Under the pieces are notes generated by a model, which saw only the letters and a list, made by a program, of their open reading frames with translations, searched no databases and had not been told where the DNA came from. The translations under genes and the position numbers were made by a program. A stretch of 64,000 nt of DNA, taken from assembly GCA_964016885.1 (NCBI GenBank), contig OZ024747.1:91574001-91638000 (forward strand), in the 5' to 3' direction. This DNA is from Eledone cirrhosa (lineage: Eukaryota). Numbering within the stretch: the first letter of the stretch is position 1; each line of letters begins with the position of its first letter. Positions 31,335-45,039 of this stretch are shown piece after piece.

Positions 31335-32400
31335 ATGATCTCACTGTAATGCTCTTCTTTTATTCTATATTGGCTTGTAAACGTATTTATGTTCCAAAAA
31401 CCAGGTTTCTTCCCTTACACATAAATTTGTATCTGCCATTCCACCGCCCTCCTTGTAAGCCAAAAAATAATCAGAAATAATTGTTTCTACTTTTGGCACA
31501 AGGCCAGCAAATACCCAGTACATTACTGGTACTTTATTTTATCGACCCCGTAAGAATGAAAGGCAAAGTTAATCTCGGCGGGATTTGAACTCAGACCATA
31601 AAGGGCCGTAACTCTATGCTGCAAAGCATGGCGTCCGACCTTCTACCGATACTGCCAAACCACCGCCCTATAATAATAAATAATAAATAGTAAATAATCA
31701 GAAATAATGTTGAGAGATTATAAAAGGTGAAGCAATTATTTCCAGCCAGGTACCTCCACGAGATCTTTGGTTTTTGGTGCACTGGTTGGATGAGCAATGT
31801 AGTGAAACCTGTTTGCAATAAAGCTCATGTATTATTCTTTGAGTATTGTTTTAAACACTTCATGATGAACATATCGCCCACTAATCACTTAACAAGATTT
31901 ACCTTGGATGCATGTCTCCTCTCAGCTGCTGGGAGAGGTCTATTTCTATAATTTATGCATTGATAAGCAATTGTTGTCCAAAGAATGGTTTTGGTTTTGT
32001 AGTGATGAAATACTTGAGAGTAAAGAATATTTTTCTAGTAATCCTATACGAAAAGTTGGTATGGGACCCATTTCTCGGCCGTTGAAACTTTTCGAAGCCT
32101 TTTCAGTCGTAAGGCTAACATTAAAAAAATAACAACAAAAAATCAGCCACTGAGATTTCTAACCTTAATGGTAAGATTTGCTGGAAGAACAGTTTCCCAT
32201 TTGGACGATCCTGTCTTGACTGAACTTATAAGCTGAAGTCCCGATTTGTGAAGCCAAAAATTCACCACTTACATGTCCTTTCATATACTGCATCATCTCA
32301 GTAATTGTCTGGATATAGCTTGCAACAGAACCTGCATTGGCCCATCTGAGATCAGTAGAGCATGACACGTTGAATGTGTTTTTCAGTTGGACCAAACATG
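31335..32400 (-). pseudogene. Mariner transposase pseudogene interrupted by a SINE
   Basis: HIQRVMLY..Y*DDAVYERTCKW..F..RDFSL..SR.DRP (HTH), KWVPYQL (WVPHEL), GWK*LLHLL*SLNIISDY (GWEVLPHPPYSPDLAPSDY). Confidence 0.85.
31478..31667 (-). mobile_element. tRNA-derived SINE with 16-bp target-site duplication
   Basis: aataatcagaaataat at 31466-31481 and 31693-31708. Confidence 0.85.
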
Positions 32401-32585
32401 GAGTCAATCTGAAACCGCTTTCGTGGAAATGCTATGATATGAAAGAAAAGGGAGTATATTACTTACTTAAGTTGACATGACTAAACATCAGGTAGTAATT
32501 TAATAAAGCTTGGTGAATGTTTTCGGCTGGAAATTAGGGCAGGGTATTCGTCCCTACCTAATATATACAAATTCACCTCTGTCAA

Positions 32586-32740
<155 letters not shown>

Positions 32741-33000
32741 AACGGAAAAAATGAAACGAAATTTCATTTCCCACTCTTAGTACGGCTGTTACTTAAACAT
32801 AAGTATGTACACGTACATACATACATGTATACAGACGCACAGTAGTATGTATATATATATACATACACACATATATATATGTACGTATGGATTCACCGAA
32901 CATTTATTATAATGCTCGGTGTGTTTGTAAACAAACATCCCGTATTAAGCCGTAGTGTCCAGCAACCATCGTTGCTCGTTTGTTCAACACTGACAAAGGA

Positions 33001-33043
33001 ACGCTGTACTAGTTTCAAGCTTATTAGCTATCGTCAGCAACGC
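33001..33043 (-). ncRNA. Minimal hammerhead ribozyme, intact core
   Basis: Minus: gcgttg-CTGACGA-tagct aata agctt-GAAAC-ta-GTA-cagcgt; palindromic stem III actagt. Confidence 0.88.
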
Positions 33044-33151
33044 ATACCTTCCTGCCAGATTGTTGAACGTATATACTTACCTTATGCATATTAACGGCTG
33101 AGTAGCCCAATTTGCATATCGAGTGGGTTAATCGGCCGGGTGCACCGAAAA

Positions 33152-33212
<61 letters not shown>

Positions 33213-33759
33213 TTCATTCCCATGCTTTTATTTTCCAGACTCGAGGTCCTTTATATTATCAGGGCAGCATGTCTATATAATGTAAAATGATACGGTATCC
33301 ATGTATCTCTGAACTGACTAAAAGCCAGTGTCAATAACATTGGCATGTGTGAAAAATATCCTGATCTATTCTCACACCTTGTTTCATGTTTTTCGTTTGC
33401 AGTTTAACTGACATTAAGACCAACTTCATTCATCTATACCACTCAACAAGTCACCAGGGATCTTCTGCAAGATCGCTAAAATTGCTAGAAATAGTAGACA
33501 AATTTCTCTTATATCATATTTACTAAATATTTTAAAAGTAGGAAAGACACAATAGATAATTTACATAATGTCATCATATAAATCGATAAAACGTTGTTTA
33601 ATGAGTTGGATCGTAGGTCAGATTGAAAATAGATGACATGTAACTAAAAGTGTAAAAGCAGCAAGAAAAGCAACACCAGCAACAAGTAACTAATCAGATT
33701 ATATTTCCAGATAGTAAAGTATGCCAGGGTCATGAACAATGATTTCTGATTTAGGCACA

Positions 33760-33900
33760 AGGTCATCAATTGTTTTAGTGAGAGGAGAAAGTCGATTAAA
33801 TCGACCGCAGTGCATTACTGGTACTTTATTTGCCGTCCCCGTAAGGATGAAAGGCAAAGCTAACATCGACAGGATTAGGACTCAGGGCGTAAAATGCCGT
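33760..33900 (-). mobile_element. Diverged tRNA-derived SINE
   Basis: actggtactttatt..ccccgtaaggatgaaaggcaaag. Confidence 0.7.
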
Positions 33901-34427
33901 AACTCTAGGCCAGAAAGCATGTTGTCCGAGGTCGAATAGAAAGAAATCGGCTTTGTTCAAACTTTGAGAGGGTATGGACTCCGTCAGGTTTAAAAAATTC
34001 CCAAGACGAGACTCCTACGAGTGAATCAGATGTTGCGGGTCCATACATACATATTCACATACGTAAATTTCTAGCGTAGCCCAGAAATTCGGGGTGGATG
34101 AAAGACAAAATTGACTTCGCTAGGATTTGAAATCAACAGGTAAAGAACTGCAATAAAAGCAACAAGGTAAACTATTCAATGTGTTATGTATTCTGAAAAG
34201 CCACTCTTCTTGTCGTCATTGCGGTGTACCCTCGTATATTGCTGAAGATGCTTTAGATTGGAAATACTTGATGCGTTAAAATATTTCGAATCAGTCAGTA
34301 CCTCATAACTACATGTAGTTAATAGAAAACTAGCTAGACCGAAGATTCCCACAGGAAGCTGCCAAAAGAAAAGAAAAAAAAACGACGACGTATATATTCT
34401 TACCTGTGATATTAGTGAGAACAAAGC

Positions 34428-34507
<80 letters not shown>

Positions 34508-34612
34508 ACTATATACATATATGTATATAATAAAATATATATATATATATATATATATATTTACATAGATATATATTTAAATACATATACGTATATATAT
34601 ATATACACACAC

Positions 34613-34653
<41 letters not shown>

Positions 34654-34700
34654 CATAGATATATATATTTACATACATATACATATATATATATATATAT

Positions 34701-34783
<83 letters not shown>

Positions 34784-34794
34784 CATACATATAC

Positions 34795-34831
<37 letters not shown>

Positions 34832-35614
34832 CGCACATATATATATACATATACATATATATATATGATACATATATATATATAAGTATATAGATAGATA
34901 CACACACACACACACGCATACACACACACACACACACATATATACATATATATATACACACGTGTGTTTAATGCTGATCAGTTTTCGTAGGAATTAAAAT
35001 TAACCCAAGTGAGAAGATAATGACTAACAGTGACAAGAGCTCCACCTAGAAAATACCTAGAACATTTTCACATAGACAGTGGACATGTGAAAGAAAAAAC
35101 AAAATAACTCAGTGTCTGCTTATTCAACTGGTGAACAGCCAAGTACTATATCATGCATGTAATTAAATGTTAACTAGCACCAGTTTTTCTTATTCACATA
35201 CACACACGTATACATACAAACATAGATATTCCTTACCAGAAAGTAATTTCCTAATAATCTTTATATGTATAAATACATATTTATGTACATATTTCTTACT
35301 CATTTACGCGCAATCACATGTATACGCACGCACATATATACATACACACACACACATACACATATATATTGGTGCAGGTGTGGCTGTATCGTTAAGGAGT
35401 TCACATAGCAGCCACGTGGTTCCTCGTGGCACATAGGACTAGCGTCATCTACTCTCCGTATATATATTTCAAATGGAAATAACTTCTACAGGATTAACAC
35501 TGTATCATTCGGTAGAAATCATCAGGAAATCCTCTTTAGTTTGGTATATACTATACTCACTCGCACACAAACTCACTCATATGCTTACACAGACACTCTA
35601 CACACACACACACG

Positions 35615-35661
<47 letters not shown>

Positions 35662-35664
35662 TCA

Positions 35665-35714
<50 letters not shown>

Positions 35715-35764
35715 TATATATATGCGTGTGTGTGTGTGTGTGTGTCAGTCAGGTCACTCTTCAG

Positions 35765-36140
35765 CGCTACTGGTAACATGTAACCCAGTACAACCTGTGC
35801 ATGGTTGGATCGTCGCCGACTAAAATGGCAAACCCACCAAGCCTGCTTGTTGAGGTGGGTGATTTTGGACACCCTTCGGGATGAAAAACAAAACCTGTCA
35901 AAGGGCGGAGGAACTCAGGAGAGTCAATGGCCATCCAATAAATTTTTTTGTGTGGAGCGAGAGACCCCTAGTCTTCATTAAAACATATCGCTAAAAGAAG
36001 GTCATGCCTTTGTATGCATCCAATGATGTAGACTAGTTCGTCTTTTGGGGCAAATGCATTCGATATTCAGAGAGTGGGATTGGCTCCGTCAAAAGCCTTT
36101 GCTCACTTAAAAAAGCTTCAAGCACAGGCAACGCTTGATA
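35765..36140 (+). mobile_element. Copy of the 13520 element
   Basis: gctactggtaa..cagtacaacctgt..gactaaa..aagggcggaggaactcag. Confidence 0.7.
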
Positions 36141-38809
36141 TGTGACATTTTTTGCGATGCGTGGTATTGCTGGACATAGGCAAGTCCCTAACAGGACTAA
36201 AAAGCCACGTCATACTTAAGTATCAAGCGATGTTGATTAAGTCATCGTGTAATTTAAACTTATGATACAAAACCGCCTGAAACCAACGACCCTCGTTCTA
36301 TGATAGAAGCCTTATATTTTGTAAGAAGTTAGTTAAATTTCGAGTTCTTTCTGAATTCTTAGTTATATTCAGAATGATTTAAAACACACCTGGTAGTATC
36401 TGTGAAACGAAAAACAGTATCAAGCGGGTTACTTGATAAAATATCCCTCGGTATGTTAGACCTGCCAATCCCTAAAATCCCAGACGGGGAGGGACATGAA
36501 AAAACCTGCTCCAAAACGAGGAGAAATGAGGCAAAATGGGGAGATTTTACATAATGAAAGCTATACCCATTTTCACAAGGGAAGTCATTTCTCACCCACC
36601 CCAAAGTGGGTCGGAGATCTCCTTGTCTGACATATGTAACACACCTGAAAAAAAAAAAAATTACACAAGGGCAATAACTCCAGTAAAATAAATTAATTGA
36701 AACTTTGGAAAATGTAGAAAATGCAATTCGGGATCGAATTTGATAATTTTTTTAAATTTTTTTTAAAATTTTCATTTAATCTAAAATGATTTTCATTTAA
36801 TCTAAAATGTTCAACTCACCGTATTATATATTTGAATTCCAATCGTATTGGTGTTTATTAGGCAGGAAGCTCCCTTAAAGTACTTCTCCACCCATGTCTT
36901 CATATTATTAGTACTATACAATGTCTGCTTTCATTTATCAGCTTCTCATGGCTGTATTTGCTACATGTGCTATCTTTCTACGTTGTCTATCGTTAGAAAT
37001 TGAAATTTGCTGATTCAGCCTGGACACTGATTATAGTTTTGTGCCTTTTTTATGTTTGTAAGTGTACGCATGAAACTATCTGAATAATAAGAATATATAT
37101 GTGGGAGTTTAATAATAATTGTTTCTACTTTTGGCACAAGGCCAGCCAAAGGTTTATGTCTAGGCATGTGATAATATGTATATGTATCTCAGATAATATG
37201 TTAGCTAAACTTCCAAGCGTCCGTGTGTGACGAATATAATTTTAGACATAAGCTTTTCTATTGTTCCAGCTGTTGCTGTTTCTGGAGACTTTGTTATTGT
37301 TGGTGTTGACCGAAACATAATTAATATTGTTGCTGTTGTTGTTAGTATTGTATTGTTATTAATATTTTTACAGCGGCTGTTATTGTTGTTGCTTCACCGT
37401 TGCCCTTATCGATGTTAACAGTGTTACTACAGATTTATATGGTGTAATCACACAAGATGCTGCGTCTATGACCTTTTTTGAGGGATTCGGCTGGTGGAGG
37501 AAGAGAGTAAAATAGCAGAAAATCCGATCCGAAAGTTTACAAGAAAGTAAACTATACTAGGGGCACACAAAGGCCAGGTTGACTCTTACTCTTTCATTAA
37601 AAAAAAAAAAATAATGGTTTCTTTCAAAAGAGACACTTAAACCTCCTAACAAAGTCACAGCAGCAGTAACAGTATTAACACACGTTCTTAGTATAGAATT
37701 ACTTCGAAACACAACCACAAGGATATGGTCTGAACGTGGAAGAGCCGAACTCCCCAACTCTCTGTATGGTGAGCAGATGGTGTCCCACGTGCTGGCCTCC
37801 CCACAGCCCCGACTGATAGAATGCAGAAGGCGTTTAGGTTGTTGTGTCAAACTGAGCGATGGACTAAGTGATGACTGACAATGAAACTTCTGCCTCCAAA
37901 TTACAATTATTCAAAGAAGTTTGAAATATGTACTCGTAGTATTGTATAGACAATTTGACCAGGAAAACCCAGATTTAAGATATTGAATTGTGGCGTGTTA
38001 GGAGAAAATTTATGTTTGATTCCAGGGATGGTGTAGTTGAATATATATTTTCCCTTCCTGCTGCTACTTCCAATAATTAGCTATTTTGGCAATTATTATT
38101 GTTGGCTACTCTGATAATGGTAATGTGCTATAATTGATCAAGAATTTGTCAAAATGCCCCAAGTTATTTTTTTTTTATGTTTATATTCTACGTTCAAAAC
38201 CTAAATTTTGCCTTTCATCCTTCAAGGGACGTGAAAATGAATTTTAATTAACTATACCTTCTTCCCAACATATGAGACCTTGTGTCTATATTAGAAATAT
38301 ATGTAATCTACTATATCCTATTTCTCAGATGACTGGTCGGGCATTTTAAAATTATAATTATTGCTGATTCGGGGGTCAGTAGAATGGTAGAAATTCTAAA
38401 GTGCTTGTCAAAATATCTCTCATCATTTAGTTACATTTTCTGTTTACGTCCAGCCAGATATAATATACCTCAGAGTAATACATTATAGCACAATGTCACA
38501 ATTTAGAACGGGCACAGACGACATTTTTCGAGCTAAGTGCCGCAGGGGAGGTGGCTCATCTATGCACACTACAAAAAATTCAAGGTAATTTTGAAATTAG
38601 GAGTGCCATTCAGAAAACCAAACGGACCGCTGTTTGCCCATATCTGGTTTAAAACATCAGCATAATGCTGTTGTTCTATTATATCTTTAACACAAAACCA
38701 GGCTTATTGAAGTTATTTCTGAGAAATTGAAACTTCAGGAAGAGAACAGTCCACGCCTGAATATACTTTCTAATAGTTACGAGTTAGGCAGGGTCAATGC
38801 AAACGTTCA

Positions 38810-39368
38810 ATGCATAGTTACGTCCCTTTACGATCTGAGTTCAAATCCCGCCGAGGTTGACTTTGCCTTTCATCCTTACGGGGTCGATAAAATAAAGTAC
38901 CAGTAATGAACTGGCTAATTGCTGGCCTTGTGCCTAAAGTAGAAACAATTATCTTAATATGGATTCAAGAGTTGTGAAACTTGCATTTCTAAACAAGTGC
39001 TAATTAATAAACCTAATGGTTTGTCTCTCATTATAGAGGTATTTTGTCTCACTACATTATATTAACATAATTATATTTATTCATGCTGAAGATATACCTA
39101 GGTTGTTTTCTCCCAGTCATTATTCGAATTTGTCTACCAGTACATCTTTTTCACTTAAAATCTATATCCTCTCCGATACCTTGGATCTGATTGGCGTATC
39201 TTAGAGAGTCAAACACCATGCTTTGCAGCATAGAGTTACGGCCCTTTACGCTCTGAGTGCAAATCCTCCTGAGGTTAATTTTGCCTTTCTTCATCCTTAC
39301 GGGGTCGATAAAATAAAGCAACAGCACTGGGATAATTGCTGGCCTTATGCCAAAAGTAGAAATAATTA
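38810..39368 (+). mobile_element. Two tRNA-derived SINE copies (38810-38952, 39190-39368)
   Basis: Same family as 14732-14922. Confidence 0.8.
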
Positions 39369-39974
39369 TATATCAATGATATGTGTCGGTTATAGCAGCT
39401 CAATCCTTATATCTGGCACTAAATCCATGCAGACGTTTCTATATAATTATTTATTTTTAATTTAATTTTATTCTATTTATTTAGTTGCTATTACTATTTT
39501 TTTGCTCCTAGCGTCGGTGTTGTTGCTTTCACAATATCAATTCTATCGCTATTAGTGATAATGTTGTTATCAATGCTTCTGCCACTGTCGGTGGTTTTGT
39601 GTCCGATATGACCATACAATATTTAAGATATCCAGCTACGTTAACTCTGGAACAATTTAATAGCCCTGTCAACGTTTCCCTTGAGTATGCCAGATTCAAA
39701 GATTATCTTTAAAATTAAACTAATGTTATCAGTTTCCTTGCTTACACATGTCTTTGTTTCGTGTTGTTTTCTTTTTCAGTTGAAATTGCTCTTCTGATGA
39801 TACTGATAATATTGTCAATGATGTTGATAAAGATTGTGTCAGGGTTGATGGTTTTAAGGTGGACAATTATTCCTATTATCTTCATATTGGTCATGATGAG
39901 ATTATGACCATGTTCTGGCCACTTCTATTGCTATTATAATAGTGATAATAGGTGTTAGTGTTAGCGGTGATAGC

Positions 39975-40133
39975 AATGGTGATGGGGAATGGAGTTGTCT
40001 GTGGTGATGGTGACGGGAATGGTGTTGTATGTGGTGATGGTGACGGGAATGGTGTTGTATGTGGTGATGGTGACGGGAATTGAGTTGACTGTGGTGATGG
40101 TGACGGGAATGGAGTTGTCTGTGGTGATGGTGA
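39975..40133. repeat. 30-bp minisatellite (~5 copies)
   Basis: Unit gatggtgacgggaatggagttgtctgtggt. Confidence 0.9.
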
Positions 40134-40752
40134 TAGCAGGAATGATGCGGCTAAAGAGTAATCAGTATAAAATTGTTCGTTCTCCCACTTCACCATCAGC
40201 AGCATCACTATCAGCTGAGCGTGAAAGTAGCCTCGACGCAGAAAATCCCAACCACATCTCTCTCATACCACTCTCTATCGCTGTAAACAACAAGGGACAC
40301 ATTAGATAACATAGACAAATACATCACGTAACGCATACAGTGACGATATTACCGAATTAGCTTGACGTCAGTTGACGAGAATGGTCATAAACAAGCGATG
40401 GTAAGGTGATTTGAAGAAGGTGATTAGAAGAGGTTAGATACAATATAAGAAGAAATTAGGGATGTGTAGATATATATTAGAAGAGGTGATTAGACAAAGC
40501 AACATGACCAATGTGCTACTGAAGGCTGAGTTGTCAAAACTAAGGGGCGGGCTCTTTTACACAAGGGGACGAATACTGCTCGATGGGCCCGATGGTGGAT
40601 GTGCGACGTGGGCAATAAGGTTCCTATTAGGTCCTTGGATAAGAAGTTAAGGATGAGCTAGTTTGTGACTTACTATTTCATTTTTTTTTAAATAATTAAT
40701 TCTCTACATTGTGTATATATGTAAATTTTGTTTCATACAATCACACACACAG

Positions 40753-40874
<122 letters not shown>

Positions 40875-40969
40875 ATGAAGTAATTCCGTCGGAAAGGTCC
40901 AGGAAAAAAGAGTGCTCTATGTAGGTTACAGAGCTTAATAGTTATGTAATAAACAACATAAGGCAATTA

Positions 40970-41030
40970 TTTCATTTACCAGTGGTTTCTTGAAAGCAAA
41001 CAAATTTTGCTTTCCATCATCAGAATGAAA
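40970..41030 (-). ncRNA. Type I hammerhead ribozyme, intact core (family B) in PLE 3' end
   Basis: Minus: tttcatt-CTGATGA-tggaaagcaaa..tttgctttcaa-GAAAC-cactg-GTA-aatgaaa. Confidence 0.9.
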
Positions 41031-41200
41031 AAATCCTGGTGTATTTATTGACATTGGATTTTAAAAACAAAATATAATCTATATGAAAGTGAGGCTGGAA
41101 AAGGAAGAATGAAAGGAAAAATAAACACACATGCACACAGACACACACACACAATTACATACACACACATATATACATACACATATATATACATACATAT

Positions 41201-41276
<76 letters not shown>

Positions 41277-42288
41277 GAATAATCGAGTATCGGAAAATCA
41301 GCTTACGCATTTACGATAAACAAATCCGACATGAGTGGCAGAGGGCTCAATAATTCAGATAAATCAGAGCTATAACTATCGTTAAGATACCAACACACAA
41401 CAAAGATTATGCCTAAAATCACCCGTGCAGCCGAAAAATAACGACCAGGAAGATTCGGGTCACTCAGATAAAATATCAATAAATCAATAATTTATATGAA
41501 TGTAAAAACTTACCCGGACCCACTAGAAAGGTGGTAAATCTAGCTTCTTGGGTTTCTGCTATTCCTTAATCCGCCCCCTATCAGCCCACATAAAAATATA
41601 TAAGACTTCTAGGGAGAGGAGGGACCGGAACAACTTTATCAACGGGTCATGTCCGACGAATGAAGAAGTTAACTATAGCTAGACGCACATGGAGTCCAGC
41701 AAGGGAGATAACCTCTATATTCGCGAAAGATAATCGGTAATGTGGAATACACATATCGAATAAGAGTGCTCGATAGACATGTTAAAATAAACAGGAGCTA
41801 TTCATCATTCAATATATATATACATACATACACACATATACATACACGTACAAATACACATACATATACATATACATACATACACACATATATAACAACA
41901 TATCCATACATACACACACATACACACAAATACACAAACACACACACACACATGCATATATATATATATATATACATCTATACATACACACATATATACA
42001 CGCATACATACGCATACACAAATATAGATATATATACACACACCTACATACACACACACACAATTAATTAGAATAAAAAATATAATAAAAATACCGTCAC
42101 ATCAGAATAAAAATAAATGTAAAAATGTTTATAAAGTTGACAGCGATACAGGCAACAAAAAAATGAACAAACACACGTGGTAAGCAATACACACAATTGC
42201 ACATACACATACATACATAAAAATAAATACATACACACACACATACATATACATATACACATACATACCCATACACATATACACACAC

Positions 42289-42357
<69 letters not shown>

Positions 42358-42459
42358 TATACATACATATACACACACACATACATACAAATACATACAC
42401 ACACATGTATGTGTGTAAAACTCATTCTCAGATGTATTCATTGAACCTTGTTTAACTCT

Positions 42460-42583
<124 letters not shown>

Positions 42584-42845
42584 CATATACACACACACAT
42601 ATATATAAGAAAATACATAAATATTATATATATATAAAAATAAAAAGGTGAAAGGGGTAAACAAATAGTTGGGAATACGACAAATAATAAATAAATAAAT
42701 AATTAGAAAAGGGTATAAATGTTTATAGCCGATTTAGAGCACTCAAGTTCCTGGAGCAAATGATCAATGAAAATAAGCATTAAATCACTGCATGTAATTA
42801 TGCATATACATACACATACATATATACACATACATATATATATAT

Positions 42846-42876
<31 letters not shown>

Positions 42877-43099
42877 TACAAATACACACATATATACATA
42901 CATATACATACATATACATATATATCTATATACATATAGGAAAAAGTATGACCCCGACGACAGAGCTCAAGCCGTTTCTGAGGCTATTATACATATACAC
43001 ACATAAACAATTATATAAAAATACACATATACACACACTCACACATATCTATAAAAGGTTACGTTACCACCTTAATAAAAATACACACACACAAATATA

Positions 43100-43205
<106 letters not shown>

Positions 43206-43287
43206 AATACAACAGAAGCTATAAAATACAATTATATACACACATACATATACATACAGATATATATAATTATATATACACATACAT

Positions 43288-43328
<41 letters not shown>

Positions 43329-43510
43329 TACACATATTCGCAACACACACACACACATACAGAAATAAATATCTAAAAATAAAAAAAGGTGGGTATGTAA
43401 AGGGTAAGGTAGAAAGTAGGGGGGAATATGGAAAAAAAGTGACATAGGAAACGGTTAAAATATAAGGGGAGATAAGGGAGAACAAGAATATAAGAGTACA
43501 GAAAGTGAGT

Positions 43511-43925
43511 TCAGAAGGTAAAAAAATCGTAGTGGATGTAAGGCGTAGAGAGCAGAGAAGTTGAAGGTGGTTGAGTCATCGTAGGAATGTCCATCCAGTT
43601 ACAGATCAGATGTGATTTCATGTGAGGACAACATCTGAAGATCTCGGTCTTGGAGTTCAGGCAAGTTGAAGTGGCTTTCAAGTTTTGTAAAATCCTAAAT
43701 TTTTCAGTGGTATACAAAGAACAATTCTATTTTGCCCCTTTCGTACTCCCTCGAATGGTCTAAAATAGACCAATCGATAGAGTACAGGATGTTTTTATCC
43801 TTGAATTCCCACACCTTATTTGCGAGAGCCGTTGCTGTTCTTTTATCGGAGTGTTTAAAAGAAGCGACATGTGCATAAAACCTGGTTTTAAACCTGTCCT
43901 GAGTCATGCCAACATATCGTTCACT
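43511..43925 (-). mobile_element. PLE GIY-YIG endonuclease C-terminal part (one frameshift)
   Basis: SERYVGMTQDRFKTRFYAHVASFKH..TALANKVWEFKD..IDWSIL / CSLYTTEKFRIL..LNSKTEIFRCCPH. Confidence 0.88.
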
Positions 43926-44083
43926 AATTCTAATCGTACGAGAATAAATCCAGGATGCAGTTGCAGGGAGACGGATGAATGCCCATTACAGGGCAAATGT
44001 AACACCAAATCCGTTGTATATGAGGCCAAAGTGACACCTTTAATTAACAACCAGCCAGCCAGGAGTGAACGATATGCTGGCAT
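43926..44083 (+). mobile_element. Inverted N-terminal part of the same endonuclease with CxCx5C linker
   Basis: CSCRETDECPLQGKCNTKSVVYEAKV...ERYAGM. Confidence 0.88.
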
Positions 44084-44239
44084 GTGTGTGTGTATATGTA
44101 TATATATATATATGTAGGAGGTGAGTTTAATTGTTGCACAATAAAGCAATGCAAATATCGGATAAGTAGCACTCTACAGTTTGTAGGACTGGAGTATAAA
44201 TAATATAAGATCAAAAGATGGTTAAAAGAGTTCCAAGTA

Positions 44240-44306
44240 TTTTATTATGCGCATTTCAAAAGCAAATATCATCATGAGATGATATCTGCGTTTTCATCAG
44301 ATAAAA
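44240..44306 (-). ncRNA. Hammerhead ribozyme, intact core (family C)
   Basis: Minus: ttttat-CTGATGA-aaacgcagatatcatc tcat gatgatatttgctttt-GAAAT-gcgc-ATA-ataaaa; palindromic stem III atgcgcat. Confidence 0.88.
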
Positions 44307-44659
44307 TAGGGATACATGCTATGAAGGTTAAAAAACATTTTGTGAATAGTGAAGTTTTAAATCAACATATGAACAATATCAACAAATATAGATATATGTA
44401 CACACACCTACATACGCACACACACAATTAATTATAAGAAAAAATATAATAAAAATACCGTCACATAAGAATAAAAATAAATGTAAAAATTATTATAAAG
44501 TTGACAGCGATACAGGCAATAAATAAATGAACAAACACACGTAGTAAGCAATACATACAATTGCACATACACATACATAAAAATAAATACACACACACAC
44601 ACACACATAAACACACATACACTTACATATACATATACACATACATCCACATATACATC

Positions 44660-44713
<54 letters not shown>

Positions 44714-44834
44714 TATACATATACACACACACATACATACAAATACATACACACACAGGTATGTGTGTAAAACTCATTCTTAGATGTATTCATTGAACCT
44801 TGTTTAACTCTTAAATATATATATATACATATAC

Positions 44835-44940
<106 letters not shown>

Positions 44941-44972
44941 AGATCAAAAGATGGTTAAAAGAGTTCCAAGTA

Positions 44973-45039
44973 TTTTATTATGCGCATTTCAAAAACAAAT
45001 ATCATCATGAGATGATATCTGCGTTTTCATCAGATAAAA
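44973..45039 (-). ncRNA. Hammerhead ribozyme, intact core (family C, direct-repeat copy)
   Basis: Same as 44240-44306, 733 bp away. Confidence 0.88.

Noticed and set aside
34236-34292. Decayed HHR starting CTGAAGA
   Set aside because: Requires several core and stem changes; not distinguishable from chance.
37440-38800. Host exon in a microsatellite-poor stretch
   Set aside because: No recognisable protein motif or convincing splice-bounded frame by eye.
43511-44083. Selenocysteine-encoding Naiad (UGA at Cys positions)
   Set aside because: Conserved Cys positions are TGT/TGC (one TAT); no in-frame UGA there or in the RT.
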